Shown in pieces: positions 10,673-34,719 of a stretch of 64,000 nt of DNA (within the stretch, counting starts at the first letter, position 1; every line of letters starts with the position of its first letter). The stretch is from assembly GCF_009914755.1 (NCBI RefSeq), contig NC_060929.1; one strand, given 5' to 3'. The notes below the pieces were generated by a model. It did no database searches. It was not told where the DNA came from and saw nothing but the letters and a program-made list of their open reading frames with translations. The DNA comes from the human T2T-CHM13v2.0 reference genome, Homo sapiens. The translations under genes were made by a program, and so were the position numbers.

Positions 10673-11217
10673 TGTTAGGTCAACAGGAGTGGAGGAGAGC
10701 CAGGGTGACACCATTTTAAAATCAACTCCATCTTAAAACTAGCTAGGCATATTCCTTGCCAGTCACTACCCATGGTCATGAGATGTTTACGCCAAGGAAG
10801 CAGTTTAGTCACGCCCGCAAGGACAAACTCCTACAACAGCAGAATGTCTGGGTGTCCTGATGTCTCATAACAATATATGCTTTCAAGCTATTTACAGTAA
10901 TGCTTTGATGTACTTACTCACTAAAAGGCCAAGGATAAAACATTATTTAAATCAACAAAGTACTAAATTTTGTGACACTGTCAGCCCACCTGCACATAGA
11001 CATAATGTAGCTTGGCTTTTGTATAGACAAGACCCCTATATAAGAAAAGCTTTAAGCAGACAAGGCGTTCCTGCTCATGCTTTCTGAGGACACCCTACTC
11101 TGAGTAGTTTTCTACATCCTTTCTTTACCACACACCACGACTCACCTTGAATTCCTTCCTGTGCGAGATCCAAGAACTCTCTCGGGGTCTGAATCGGGAC
11201 CCCTTTTTCCAGCAACA
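10673..11217 (+). mobile_element. ERV1 solo LTR, MER41-like
   Basis: TG...CA ends; 5' AACTCCATCTT motif; TATATAA 11037-11043; 3' end GCGAGATCCAAGAACTCTCTCGGGGTCTGAATCGGGACCCCTTTTTCCAGCAACA typical of MER41-family LTRs. No clear TSD. Confidence 0.7.
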
Positions 11218-12739
11218 CTGTGTTCTTCCCCTTGGCTTAGTCACCCTCCATGTCTACTGCCTGCAGGCTGGACCCTCCCCTGTTCTCAGAGTATGGCCCG
11301 TAGCAGCCCCTCAGCTGGTGGCTCCCACCCGCCGCCTGCCCTCTCCCCTGCCTCCTCCCCAAGCCAGAGACCTGGGGCCACCTGCGACTTCCTGCTCTCC
11401 CTCACCCCCACATTCAGTCACTTCCAAGTGCTATTAATGATGATGGTGGTGGTGATGGTGATTGCTGGCATTTTCCGGGGGCTTGCAATATGCCGGTCAC
11501 CACACCAAACACTTCATATTTGTCACCTTCTATAGTATTCCCTCGCCCCTGTAATCAGCCCAGTTTTACAGAGAAGCCTGGATGGGGGAACTTTTCCAAG
11601 GTCACCCAGAGCTGGGATTCAGAACCAGTCAGGTCCCGTGGGCACCAAGACACCAGGTCTTAACCTAGACACTGTGCTGGGCCAAATGACTCAAGAGCCC
11701 ACAGCTCTCCCTGCCACCATCCCACCCGATTCGCGCCAGCTGCCTCTGTCACGGGCGCCTGCAATGCTCTGGCTGGGTCCCCTCGGCCCGTGCTCCCCTC
11801 CTGGGAGCCCTCTCTTCAGTGACCTCGGGGCCTTCCACCTGCTGTCCCTTGCCCGCACTCACCCCACCCTGCAGCCCCTGCTCCTGGCTAAAGCCGGCTC
11901 ATCCCTAACTCTGCTTAAGTGCCCCTCCCTCAGAGAAGTCTCACCTTTTTCCATGACTAAGCCTGTGGGGGTTGGAAAGCACTCTCCTGGGTGCTGGCCT
12001 GCAGGACTGACAGAAGAGGAGGGAGGTGAGATTCACCCGACTCGGACCACAGGAATGGCTGGGACAGCAAGCATCAATGAACGAGGCCCGTGGAGACTGG
12101 GCTGCATTGTGCGACCTGTATTCCTTTCTCCTAGTTGACTGCCGCGTTTCTGACTCCTTTGAAGCGAGCATCTGGCTTTTCCAATTAGATGAAGGCTGAC
12201 AAGCTGTGGAGGGGAGGGCGGCAGATACCATGTACCTGGTCATTCAGACTAGGGGTGTCCTTGAGCAGACTCATGGTGTGGAAGTCAGACCGGGAGTCTC
12301 CTGGAGCAGACTCACAGTGTAGGGGGTCAGCAGAGGCAGCAGCTTTGGAATCCCGGCACTGCAGCCTCAGGGGTGGCTCGCTGAGTGGGTCAGGTCTTTA
12401 GGGTTCTGGGCCCAGCCTGGAGCCTGCCCCTCCAGCCCTCCTGACATTCTTAGAAGCACCTACTTTCCTGCATGAAATCCTTTCCTGACTAAAGCACCCA
12501 CAGCTGTGTCTGTTCCCTGTAATGAATCCAGATACTAAAGTAGGCGGGCTGCAGTGTGGAGACCGTGACCCACCAGAAACAAGGACGGCAACTCAAAGAC
12601 GGAGGAGGCACATCCAGGAGGAACCTGTGGGGAGGGCCCGTCTGGCCAGATCTCCACTGCCCTGTCCAGACTTGGGCTTGCCTAATAGATGAAGCATCAG
12701 TCATTTCAGCAACTCAAGATAGGAGTCATCATTATCATC

Positions 12740-13170
12740 ATCACACTCACTGTGTGCCAGGCACTATTCTAAATACTTGAAAACTTTAAATGTATTCATT
12801 CCTCAGAGCAACTTCATGAGACAGGGACAGCTATGACCCCTATTTCACAGATGAGGCTGAGTAGCGTGCCCAAGGTCACACAGCCAGGAGGCACAGCAGC
12901 CAGGCCTGACAGACCACCTGGGCCCAGCGTCCGCTCTCTTAGCCACCGTGTACTATAGCAGCCTCTGTTAACAGACCCCCTTTCTGGATGACACATGCCA
13001 AGTACTTTCCATGGAACCACTCACTTGCTCCTCACAAGGAAGAGCCACATTATTCCCATTTCACAGGTGAGAAAATCGAGACCCAGAGAGAGTTAATGAT
13101 CTACTCATGGTCACAGAGTTGATAAGGGCTCATTTGCTGGACTCCCAAACGCAGTGCTCATAACTGCTAC
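12740..13170 (-). mobile_element. Two MIR fragments
   Basis: ACAGATGAGG..CCCAAGGTCACACAGC (12847-12885) and ACAGGTGAGAAAATCGAGACCCAGAGAG..GGTCACAGAG (13063-13118). Confidence 0.65.
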
Positions 13171-13997
13171 GTTCCAGGGCCTGAAGGAAAAACTCTGCAT
13201 CCATGGAGGGGCCGGCGCTGGTTCTCAGCTCTCACACAGGGGAGGGGAAGGGGCCTGTGACCGACACAGCCAGAGACAGCAGTATTCAACCTCCCTCCTG
13301 AACTTTGGTGTCAGGCCCACCACACCCCGCCAAGGCACTGCCCATGGCCCTGCAGGCTCGGAGACTCCTTCGCAGTGGTGGTAGTGGTGGTGATCACTGC
13401 CCTCCTCTTTGTCCCTGACAATGCAGGCACCCACCTTCCCCATCTCTACCCACCTGCCGCACCTGCAGCTGCCATGGTGCTGTCCCTGCAGGCGAGGATG
13501 GCCCATCCCCCACTTCTGCCCTCTGGGGAGACTCCTGGTCACTCTCGAATGTTCTGGACAGTTTATCCTTTCATCTTTGGCCTCATTTCACCATTGAAAC
13601 AAACAAAACAAGCTGGATTCTGCTTCTGAGCTGAAGGTGCCCACCTAATATTCCCTTTTCACTCACCAGCTCTGCCCTCAGAGCCTCAAGCCCAGGGTCT
13701 GCCCTTTAGTGGGTGCTTAGAAAAACACCAGATGGACACATAAATGGCTGTTCCACTGCCCCCACAGACGCCCCAGAACCCCGCCCTCCCCACCAGCTCC
13801 CCTTCTGCATCCCCGACTCTCCTTGAGAACCTATTTGGCAGAAGCTCTCCACCCAGCAAGTCCGCAGCTTGATGAGCTCCCTCCTGTGTTAACTGGAACC
13901 GCTGCTGTACTTCATTCCACATAATAGTTCATCGGATCCAAAGTCCCCACCTGCTTTGGAAGCAACCACCTGCTCTTCTCATAACTCTCCTCCAGTT

Positions 13998-14817
13998 TGT
14001 GCAGTGAAGAATCAACCTTTATCCAAGAAGTCTGGCCTTTGTCCTGGCTCTTGGGAGGTCCTACCAGCTACAAACCCTTGGAGTAAACAACGTGGCTAGT
14101 CCTTGTCACCAGTTCCCAGGAGGTAGCCCCAAATTCCTAGGGATTTCCCAAGTGATAGGAGTATCTTATTATTCATGGTGGTCTCTGAGAGTTTATGCGA
14201 GTGAAGTGACTCATGGTGGGCCCTAGGTAGTTTTTGCTGACAATACGACCATGGAGGGGCTGGCCACGCCACTGAGGTTCTGTGATATCAGCCTGGCCTC
14301 CCGGAAGGAGACCAGGAAGATGAGTTCAACCCAGTGGCCAATGAGTCCATCAACCACACCTATATGATAAGACTCAAATAAAAACTCTGGACCCCAAAGC
14401 TCAAGTGAGCCTCCCTGCTTAGAAATAGTCAGCATTTTGTCACACGTCAAAGTGCTGAGAAGGTGATGCCTCTGACGCCACACGGGGAAGACAATGAGAG
14501 CTTTGTGTTTGGGCCCCTCCTCCATCTCGCCCCTGTGTCTCCTCTTTTGGCTGGTTCTGATTTGAATGCTTTTGTTATGATAAAACTGTGGCCTTACGTA
14601 TAGCACTCTCCTGAGTTCTGTCAGTCATCCTAGTGCATTCTGGAACCTGAGGGGTAGTGGAAACTCCCAGATTTGCAGCCAGTCAGCAGTGAGGGTGGGC
14701 TGGGAACCCCTGAATGTGCAGCTGGCGTCTGAAGCAAGGGCAGTGTTGTGGGGGACCATACCCCTCACCTGTGAGGTGTGGCTCATCTCAGGTGGTTTGG
14801 CATCTGAAGCCACTGCA
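13998..14817 (+). mobile_element. LTR, MER21-family (MER21C-like)
   Basis: CTGAGTTCTGT..GAACCTGAGGGGTAGTGG..GCTGGCGTCTGAAG..GGGCAGT motifs match the recalled MER21 consensus; TG...CA ends. Confidence 0.7.
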
Positions 14818-14939
14818 TTTAGTTTGGTAACCTTGCTGCCCAGTCCCAATGGAAGGATCCTAAATATGGTCTAAGGACCTCCTGATACAATTATCCAGAT
14901 TCTCTCCTTCACAGAACTTGAGGCACTGCGATAAGATCC

Positions 14940-15735
<796 letters not shown>

Positions 15736-15784
15736 TAATAATAATAATAAGGGAAGAAAAGATCCAAAACAGAGGCAAAACCTT

Positions 15785-16063
15785 GGCCGGGCATGGTGGT
15801 TCACGCCTATAATCCCAGCACTTTGGGAGGCTGAGGTGGGTGGATCATTTTGAGGCCAGGAGTTCGACACCAGCCTAGCCAACATGGTGAAACCCCATCT
15901 CTACTAAAAAAAAAAAAAAAATACAGAAATTAGCCAGGCGTGGTGGCATGTGCCTGTAATCCCAGCTACTCGGGAAGCTGAGGCTGGAGAATGCCTTGAG
16001 CCCAGGAGATCAAGGCTACAGTAAGCTATGATCACCACTGCACTCCAGCCTGGGTGACAGAGT
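15785..16063 (+). mobile_element. Alu lacking a poly(A) tail; 17-bp TSD
   Basis: Dimer ends at GACAGAGT; TSD AACAGAGGCAAAACCTT at 15768-15784 and 16102-16118. Confidence 0.9.
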
Positions 16064-16164
16064 ATGGGGGCAGGGGGTGGTGAGGGGGGGCGGGGAAGTG
16101 GAACAGAGGCAAAACCTTAGCAACACACATTTTTAGATGATCTTCCAGAATAAATTCATAGGGA

Positions 16165-16467
16165 GGCCCAGGCACAGTGGCTCACGCCTGTAATCCCAGC
16201 ACTTTGGGAGGCCGAGGCAGGCGGATCACGAGGTCAGGAGATGGAGACCATCCTGGCTAACACGGTGAAACCCCGTCTCTACTAAAAATACAAAAAATTA
16301 GCCGGGCGTGGTGGCAGGTGCCTGTAGTCCCAGCTACTCGGGGAGGCTGAGGCAGGAGAACGGCATGAACCCAGGAGGCGGAGCTTGCAGTGAACTAAGA
16401 TCACGCCACTGCACTCCAGCCTGGGTGACAGAGCAAGATTCCATCTCAAAAAAAAAAAAAAAAAAAA
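16165..16467 (+). mobile_element. AluY-like
   Basis: ACCATCCTGGCTAACACGGTGAAACCC and GGAGCTTGCAGTGA diagnostics; TSD AAATTCATAGGGA on both sides. Confidence 0.92.
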
Positions 16468-16815
16468 GAAATTCATAGGGAAAAGAAGGTCAGAGACCAA
16501 GGGAAGGGAAGGTTCTGGGAGAAAAGCAGGGGGCAGGCAGGGCCCAAGAATCCTGCTGCCCATGAGCCCTTACTGGGAGGTGGGGTGGCCTTGCACAGGG
16601 CCCAGGCACCTGAGTGAGTGGTGGGGTCCTTACGTTCACTGCTGGGGTGAGGCAATGAGCACCTTATTGTGTCCACATGAATTCAATAAAAAACAAGCAG
16701 GGCGGGTGGTGGGGCACTGACTAGGAGGGCTGATTTGTAAGTTGGTAAGACTGTAGCTCTTTTTCCTAATTAGCTGAGGATGTGTTTAGGTTCCATTCAA
16801 AAAGTGGGCATTCCT

Positions 16816-17116
16816 GGCCAGGCATGGTGGCTCACACCTGTAATCTCAGAGCTTTGGGAGACTGAGGTAGGAGGATCACTTGAGCCCAGGAATTTGAGAT
16901 GAGCCTAGGCAACATAGTGAGACTCTTATCTCTATCAAAAAATAAAAATAAAAATGAGCCAGGCATGGTGCGGTGGCACGCACCTACTGCTAGGGGGGCT
17001 GAGGTGGGAGGATCACTTGAGCCTGGGAGGTTGAGGCTGCAGTGATCCCTGATCACAACATTGCATTTCAGCCTGGGTGACAGAGTGAGACCCTGTCTCA
17101 GAAAAAAAAAAAAAAA
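16816..17116 (+). mobile_element. AluJ-like
   Basis: GGAGGATCACTTGAGCCCAGG J-type diagnostics; poly(A) tail. Confidence 0.9.
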
Positions 17117-17499
17117 GTCATTCCTGAAACCTCAGAATAGACCTACCTTGCCAAGGGCTTCCTTATGGGTAAGGACCTTATGGACCTGCTGGGACCCAAA
17201 CTAGGCCTCACCTGATACGACCTGTCCTTCTCAAAACACCTAAACTTGGGAGAACATTGTCCCCCAGTGCTGGGGTAGGAGAGTCTGCCTGTTATTCTGC
17301 CTCTATGCAGAGAAGGAGCCCCAGATCAGCTTTTCCATGACAGGACAGTTTCCAAGATGCCACCTGTACTTGGAAGAAGCCAGGTTAAAATACTTTTCAA
17401 GTAAAACTTTCTTGATATTACTCTATCTTTCCCCAGGAGGACTGCATTACAACAAATTCGGACACCTGTGGCCTCTCCCTTCTATGCAAAGCAAAAAGC

Positions 17500-17790
17500 C
17501 AGCAGCAGCCCCAAGCTGATAAGATTAATCTAAAGAGCAAATTATGGTGTAATTTCCTATGCTGAAACTTTGTAGTTAATTTTTTAAAAAGGTTTCATTT
17601 TCCTATTGGTCTGATTTCACAGGAACATTTTACCTGTTTGTGAGGCATTTTTTCTCCTGGAAGAGAGGTGCTGATTGGCCCCAAGTGACTGACAATCTGG
17701 TGTAACGAAAATTTCCAATGTAAACTCATTTTCCCTCGGTTTCAGCAATTTTAAATCTATATATAGAGATATCTTTGTCAGCATTGCATC
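17500..17790 (+). promoter_or_regulatory. IL4: IL4 proximal promoter (NFAT P elements, STAT6, MARE, TATA)
   Basis: TATATATA 17758-17765; half-MARE TCAGCA 17742-17747; P0 ATTTTCCC ~17728-17735; P1 AATTTCCAAT ~17710-17719; TTCACAGGAA (TTC-N4-GAA) 17616-17625; GATA pair CTGATAAGATTAATC 17516-17530. Confidence 0.9.
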
Positions 17791-17849
17791 GTTAGCTTCT
17801 CCTGATAAACTAATTGCCTCACATTGTCACTGCAAATCGACACCTATTA

Positions 17850-26387
<8,538 letters not shown>

Positions 26388-26455
26388 ATATTTTAATTTA
26401 TGAGTTTTTGATAGCTTTATTTTTTAAGTATTTATATATTTATAACTCATCATAA

Positions 26456-26461
26456 AATAAA
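26456..26461 (+). terminator. IL4: IL4 polyadenylation signal AATAAA after a short AU-rich 3'UTR
   Basis: AATAAA ~70 nt after the stop; ATTTA motifs in 26390-26445. Confidence 0.9.
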
Positions 26462-27526
26462 GTATATATAGAATCTAACAGCAATGGCATTTAATGTATT
26501 GGCTATGTTTACTTGACAAATGAAATTATGGTTTGCAACTTTTAGGGAAATCAATTTAGTTTACCAAGAGACTATAAATGCTATGGGAGCAAAACAGGAA
26601 AGACCACTTCCCCCTCGAGGGGTTCCCTCTCGAGTTAGGGACATAACACACAAGATAATTAAAGAACACAAGGCCATACAAGATGTAAATAAGACACCTT
26701 GGGTCCAAGAGTGCTATGGATTACCATATATTTCTGAACAGAAAAGGTATCAACTGGATGTCTAAAACGTTCTTCCCCCATTGGCACAAGGATTGTTATA
26801 CTGAGTCTACAGAAAAAAGAAGTAATCCTCAGTACACCATATGGCTCTACAGTGAACGATATTTAAAGTCATAATAATGTAAATTCTCTTGATTCTCAAG
26901 TCTTAGAACCAACCAATAGACAAAGCACAGAAGACTTGATGATGGTTGGAGAACAGACTATAAATTGCTATCCACTGAATAATATAAGAGCTATAGCTGG
27001 AAATGGCTGGGAGGTGAAAGCAGAAGAAAAGAGAGGTGGGCATTGCTATCTCCAGCTTGCATGGACAAGAGGGCAGTTAAATAACACTGTGCACAGTGGA
27101 TGGAACAAGAACACAAGGTTTAGGGATTTATCAAAATCACAAAGGTAATAGAAGAACTAAAAATAATTTACTATAAAAATTTGGAAGTGATAGAATTAGG
27201 TAAATTCTCTTTCTTCAATAGGGAAATCAATGTATGACATCTAACACTGATAAAGCAAAAAACAGTGGGTAAAAGTGGTCATGGGTTGACAGTTGTTGCA
27301 GCTGGGGATGTGTACAGGGGGTTGGTTATACTATTCTCCTTTTATACATAATTGAAAGTTTTCATAATAAAAAGAGAAGAAAAAATAATGAATCAAGCAA
27401 TCTTTGGAATTATAATGATAGTCACTGGAAAAACTAAAAATAAAAATGGAAGATGGTTTGCTGGGAATGGGACTTGGACTAAGGAGGGGTGAAACAGGGC
27501 TGGAGACTTTCGGCTTTCCATTATAA

Positions 27527-27530
<4 letters not shown>

Positions 27531-27602
<72 letters not shown>
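27531..27602. repeat. Perfect (GT)36 microsatellite
   Basis: 36 uninterrupted GT units counted. Confidence 0.97.
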
Positions 27603-27605
<3 letters not shown>

Positions 27606-27639
27606 GTGCATAAATGAAGTTTTTTCATTAAAGAAATAA

Positions 27640-28640
<1,001 letters not shown>

Positions 28641-28849
28641 AAGAAATTAAAAGGGGGAAAAAAACCCAAGTGTCATCAAAACTTGCCTTTTGAAGACTTG
28701 TTCTCTGTAAGAATATGGATCTAGTAACAGTGATTGAGCACTCTCTTTTCATCCTCGCTTACAGAGATGTGACAAAATTAATATGAGTACTAAAATTACA
28801 CCAAAACATGTAACATCTTTTTAACCCTTTCAAAATAAGGGAACAAATC

Positions 28850-29150
28850 AAAAGCTTCAAGTCTCACCCTGACCACAGCCAGTTTCACCCTGCCCACATA
28901 AAATACCAGCATGCCAAGGGCAATAAATAGCTATGAGAGTCATGGAGGCTCCTCAGGCCAACCGGAGAAGACACATACTGTAAATTTTAATTTCCTTTCT
29001 TCTTTGATTGAGGCTCATTTGCATTCAATGGCTAATGTGAGTTGTAGTCTGCCACAGGATATGGGTAGTGGGTTACAGTTTGTATATGAAGACAGAATGG
29101 TAAAGGAAAGTAGGAAGATTTAGAGCACGCCATGGAAAGGACACATGCAG
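28850..29150. promoter_or_regulatory. Probable IL4 HS IV silencer
   Basis: Unique block 2.4 kb 3' of IL4; RUNX site GACCACA 28871-28877 followed by TTCACCCTGCCCACATAAAATACCAGC, recalled as conserved with mouse HS IV. Confidence 0.5.
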
Positions 29151-29331
29151 ACTCTAAGCAGGTCTGTCATCACATAAGCTTCATTAGGCAAGATGCAACT
29201 CACATTTCCATTTACTCCCAGTCAGGCAGTCCTGGACTCTGGATGCAAACATGCAACAACAACAAGCCTTTGAATTTCCGAAGACAATGAGAACACAAAT
29301 TGAGGGGGATACTTATAAAAACAGTGGGTGA

Positions 29332-29668
<337 letters not shown>

Positions 29669-29779
29669 TTAAGATGCTTGTCATCTGAGCACATTTATGT
29701 AGCAAACTCAGCCACAGCCCGTGCCTGCTTCATGGGACATGCCTTTTGTCTGTGTGTGGAATATGACATTGACAGTAAG

Positions 29780-30100
29780 TCTGAACCTTTCCCTCCTGGC
29801 TATCATACCTCCACCTTTTGCCAATGAATAAACTATCTGTAACTGGCATCTAGGGGGTAATAATTATTTATTGGAAAAATGAATCAAAAAATGATTTGGC
29901 TCAAATCTATGGCTGTCTTTTATGGAAACATTGTTGGGCTACAGTTACAAAGGGTCACCTCTGTTACAAATGCCAAGGGGGCTCTGCTTGTTGCTGTCCA
30001 TGTCATTGACCCTGCTCTTGGTTTTTCTCTGCCCTCCTTCACATAATCTCAGGGTGCCCACATTATCTAAGGATGGGAATCTCAAGGCTAAGCACAACGC
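29780..30100. promoter_or_regulatory. Probable IL4 3' inducible enhancer HS Va
   Basis: NFAT:AP-1 composite TGGAAAAATGAATCA 29872-29886, a second TGGAAA ~29923, GATA CTATCT 29833-29838 and TTATCT 30063-30068. Confidence 0.5.
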
Positions 30101-30248
30101 AGAGCTTCCTTATGGAGCTAGGCACAGCCTGGCCTATGACACACAGGGTTGGCTTCTCAGTTTCTAGTAGCTTCCACTAGGAGCAAGGCAGGCACTTTCT
30201 CTAGCCTTGGGGCTGATTTCTAGATTCAATTTATTAGCTCAAGTTTGA

Positions 30249-30691
<443 letters not shown>

Positions 30692-30969
30692 TAATCCATC
30701 CTGTCAACTTCTTCCTAGTCCAACTTTAAGTCTCTAAGCTGTCTGTTCTAGTTTCTGATTAGCCAGAGTTCAGCCAAACGAAAATATGTTTTGATGTTTT
30801 GTATGGTCACTGCACACCTGGGTACTTACTAGGCAACGTGAATAAGAGGACACACATTTGCTCCCTCAGTTTATACCAATCACGAGTGCAAGCAAAACAG
30901 CTGAGAAGAGAGGGCGGTTACTCCTCTGGCTGATGACCCTTTCCACCTCCGGGACACAGGTGTGTATAG

Positions 30970-31356
<387 letters not shown>

Positions 31357-31384
31357 CAGCAGTAGTTTTTCTAAAACACAAATA

Positions 31385-31660
31385 GGCCAGGTGCAGTGGC
31401 TCACGCCTGTAATCCCGGCACTTTGGGAGACTGAGATGGGAGCTTCGCTTGAACCCAAAAGTTCGAGACCAGCCTGGCCAACATCCTGTCTCTACAAAAA
31501 AAAAAAAAAAAATTAAATTTTTACACAGCTGTGCTCTCAGCTAATTGGGAGGTTGAAGCAGGAGGATTGCTTTAGCCTGGGAGGTTGAGGCTTCAGTGAG
31601 CCTTGATCATGCCACTGTACTCCAGCCTGGGTGACAGTGAGACCCTGTCTCAAAATAAAA
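31385..31660 (+). mobile_element. AluJ-like
   Basis: Starts GGCCAGGTGCAGTGGCTCACGCC, 28 bp after the antisense Alu. Confidence 0.88.
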
Positions 31661-32177
31661 CACAATGTGAATGGCCCACTTAAAATCCTTCTGTGGCTTC
31701 CCACTGCTTACAGAAAACTCTTCCACAGTAGGATCCTGTCCCATCTCTTTCCTTTTCAGGCTCATTTGCCTCCACCCCGTTTGCTCTACTTCAAGCACAC
31801 CACCAACGCACATGGCATCCAAACTCACTCGCTCCTGGAATACCTTTCCCCAGCTGTTGAACTGCTGAAGACCTCAAACAGAACTTCCCCTGAGAAGCCT
31901 CTTCTGCCCCTTTGGTCAGGCAGACATGTGTCAGGCACCATGTCAGCTGCACAGGAAGGATGCCGTACCTGGCAGCTCACCATTCAGCCTCTTTTACCAC
32001 AGCCCTCAGCATGCTATGCAGTCATTCTCCATTCATGTGGCCACCTCTCTCTCCTAAGGGAGGGTGTGAGTTTTGAAAAGACATTCTTCTCAGCATAGAG
32101 CAGGTACACAGTAAACACAGAAGAGATGTGCACATGTAACGGACTACAGCAGGAGATACACTTAAAACAGGGCACAT

Positions 32178-32470
32178 GCTGGGCACAGTGGCTCACGCCT
32201 GTAACCTCAGCACTTTGGGAGCCCAAGGCGGGAGGACTGCTTGAAGCCAGGAGTTCTAAACCAACCTGGGCAACTTAGCAAGCTCCTATCTCTACAAAAA
32301 ATTAAAAAATTAGCCAAGTGTAGTGGCAGACACCTGTGGTCCCAGCTACTTGGGAGGCTGAGGTGGATCATTTGAGCCTAAGAGTTTGAGGTCATAGTAA
32401 GCTATGATTGTGACACTGCACTCCAACCTGGGTGACAGAGTGAGACCCTGTCTCTAAAAATGAAAAACAA
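32178..32470 (+). mobile_element. AluJ-like
   Basis: Diverged dimer. Confidence 0.88.
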
Positions 32471-32719
32471 AACAGGCTACCTGGTGAGTAGCATAACTCA
32501 TGGTGGGGTAGAAATCAAGGCCAACATAATATTTCTGTAATGACTCTGCTGCTTTTAGGTTGGGTTAGGCAATATCCTCTTGCTAAGATTAGTATCGACT
32601 CTGAGAAATACTTTATTCAGTTGTAAAGTCCCAGTTAAATTCCTTTGCACAACTGGAGAAATAAAGCCTTTGATTAAAAACTAAAATTTCCCCAGCCCTC
32701 TAAAAAGGGATGGGGGAGG

Positions 32720-32960
32720 GGAGCAGGTGGAGAGGAATATCTGATCTGTCATATTCTTTAGTCAGAGCCATAAACGTGTTTGGGTGAGACAATCTGATGT
32801 TCTGATAACGTTGATAAAAGTCACTTGAAGATTGGGTCACAGGAAGCCCAAGATAAATGCTGAGAGGAAACAGGTTCTTTTTGAAGTAGCCTCTTCGTAA
32901 TCATTTTCCCACACATTTGTTCAACTTCCGAAAAAGGACTGAATACCTGATTTGCTTTGC
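32720..32960. promoter_or_regulatory. Probable CNS-2 / HS V enhancer
   Basis: GATA cluster TGATAA 32803-32808, TGATAA 32812-32817, AGATAA 32851-32856; RBPJ site TTCCCACA (TGTGGGAA) 32906-32913; CTGATCTG and TGTTTGGGTGAGAC resemble recalled mouse CNS-2. Confidence 0.65.
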
Positions 32961-33721
32961 AAATGAAACAGCTTAAGACAGAGAAATTGAGATAATAATT
33001 AATAAATGTGTTTGGAAGGCTCCTCCAGCTCGCTTTAAGTTCAGGCTGTGGCTTCAGAACTGTGTTAACTCCTTCTGTAAAGGCACAGGCTAACGGTGGT
33101 CTTCAGTGATTTTTACTCTACCTTGTTTTAAAAATGGATTCAAAGTGATTTATTGGAAAAGATTAAGACAGAAAATAACATTATTAGGACCAAAGCAGAA
33201 AGGGAGTAGGAGGAAATGATGATCCAGAGAAAAATAAGACTATAAGCAGGTCATCAGATATTATAGTCCTATCAGCAAAAGCACAGTGGAAAACGCATTA
33301 TTTTACTTCACTCTTTTTATATATGCGGGGAGAAAATAGTCTGATATAATAATCTGGTACTTAGCTTTAAAAGAAATTTCTCGAGAATCTTCACAAGATG
33401 ATAGGATGGACAATGTCTTCAGCAGCATCCCGACAACACAGGCAGTAACAGACGCGTTTGTAAGGGAGTGGCTCAGTGGTATCGCTTGATGAAACTGGAC
33501 ACCATAGCTCCAGAACTCAATTGCAGAAGAGGGGCAAAGGGGGAAAAGGCAGCACGATTTATTATCTTGTACATGCCAGGGCAGGCCTTTAATTTTGTCT
33601 TCATGTTCTACACACAGGTAAGAGTTTTACATAAGCTGGAAGTGGGGGAGAGGAAGACCCCTGGAATGACCAGAGGAGTTTCCACCCCTACAAAAAACAC
33701 ATTTTAAAAAAGCCACTTGAC

Positions 33722-34180
<459 letters not shown>

Positions 34181-34428
34181 AAAGTCATTTGAGACACAAA
34201 ATTACAGCTAGATAGAAGGTCTAGTGTTTTTATAGCACTGTAGAATGACTATAGTAAACAACAACATTTTCAAATAGCTAGAAAAGAAAATACTGAGTGT
34301 TCACAAGGACATAATGTCTGAGAAGATGTATATGCTAATTACCCTGATCTGATCATCATGTATTTTATCAAAACATCACGATATATCTCATAATATAATT
34401 ATGTGTCAATTAAAAAATAAAAATTTCA

Positions 34429-34719
<291 letters not shown>

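Noticed and set aside
10673-11217. Interferon-inducible STAT1 enhancer of the MER41B type
   Set aside because: I could not find the tandem GAS (TTCnnnGAA) motifs in this copy.
26611-26622. Perfect 12-bp palindrome CCCCTCGAGGGG after the IL4 poly(A) site (similar CCCTCGAGGG at 560-569)
   Set aside because: Palindromes of this length are expected by chance in 64 kb; no supporting context.
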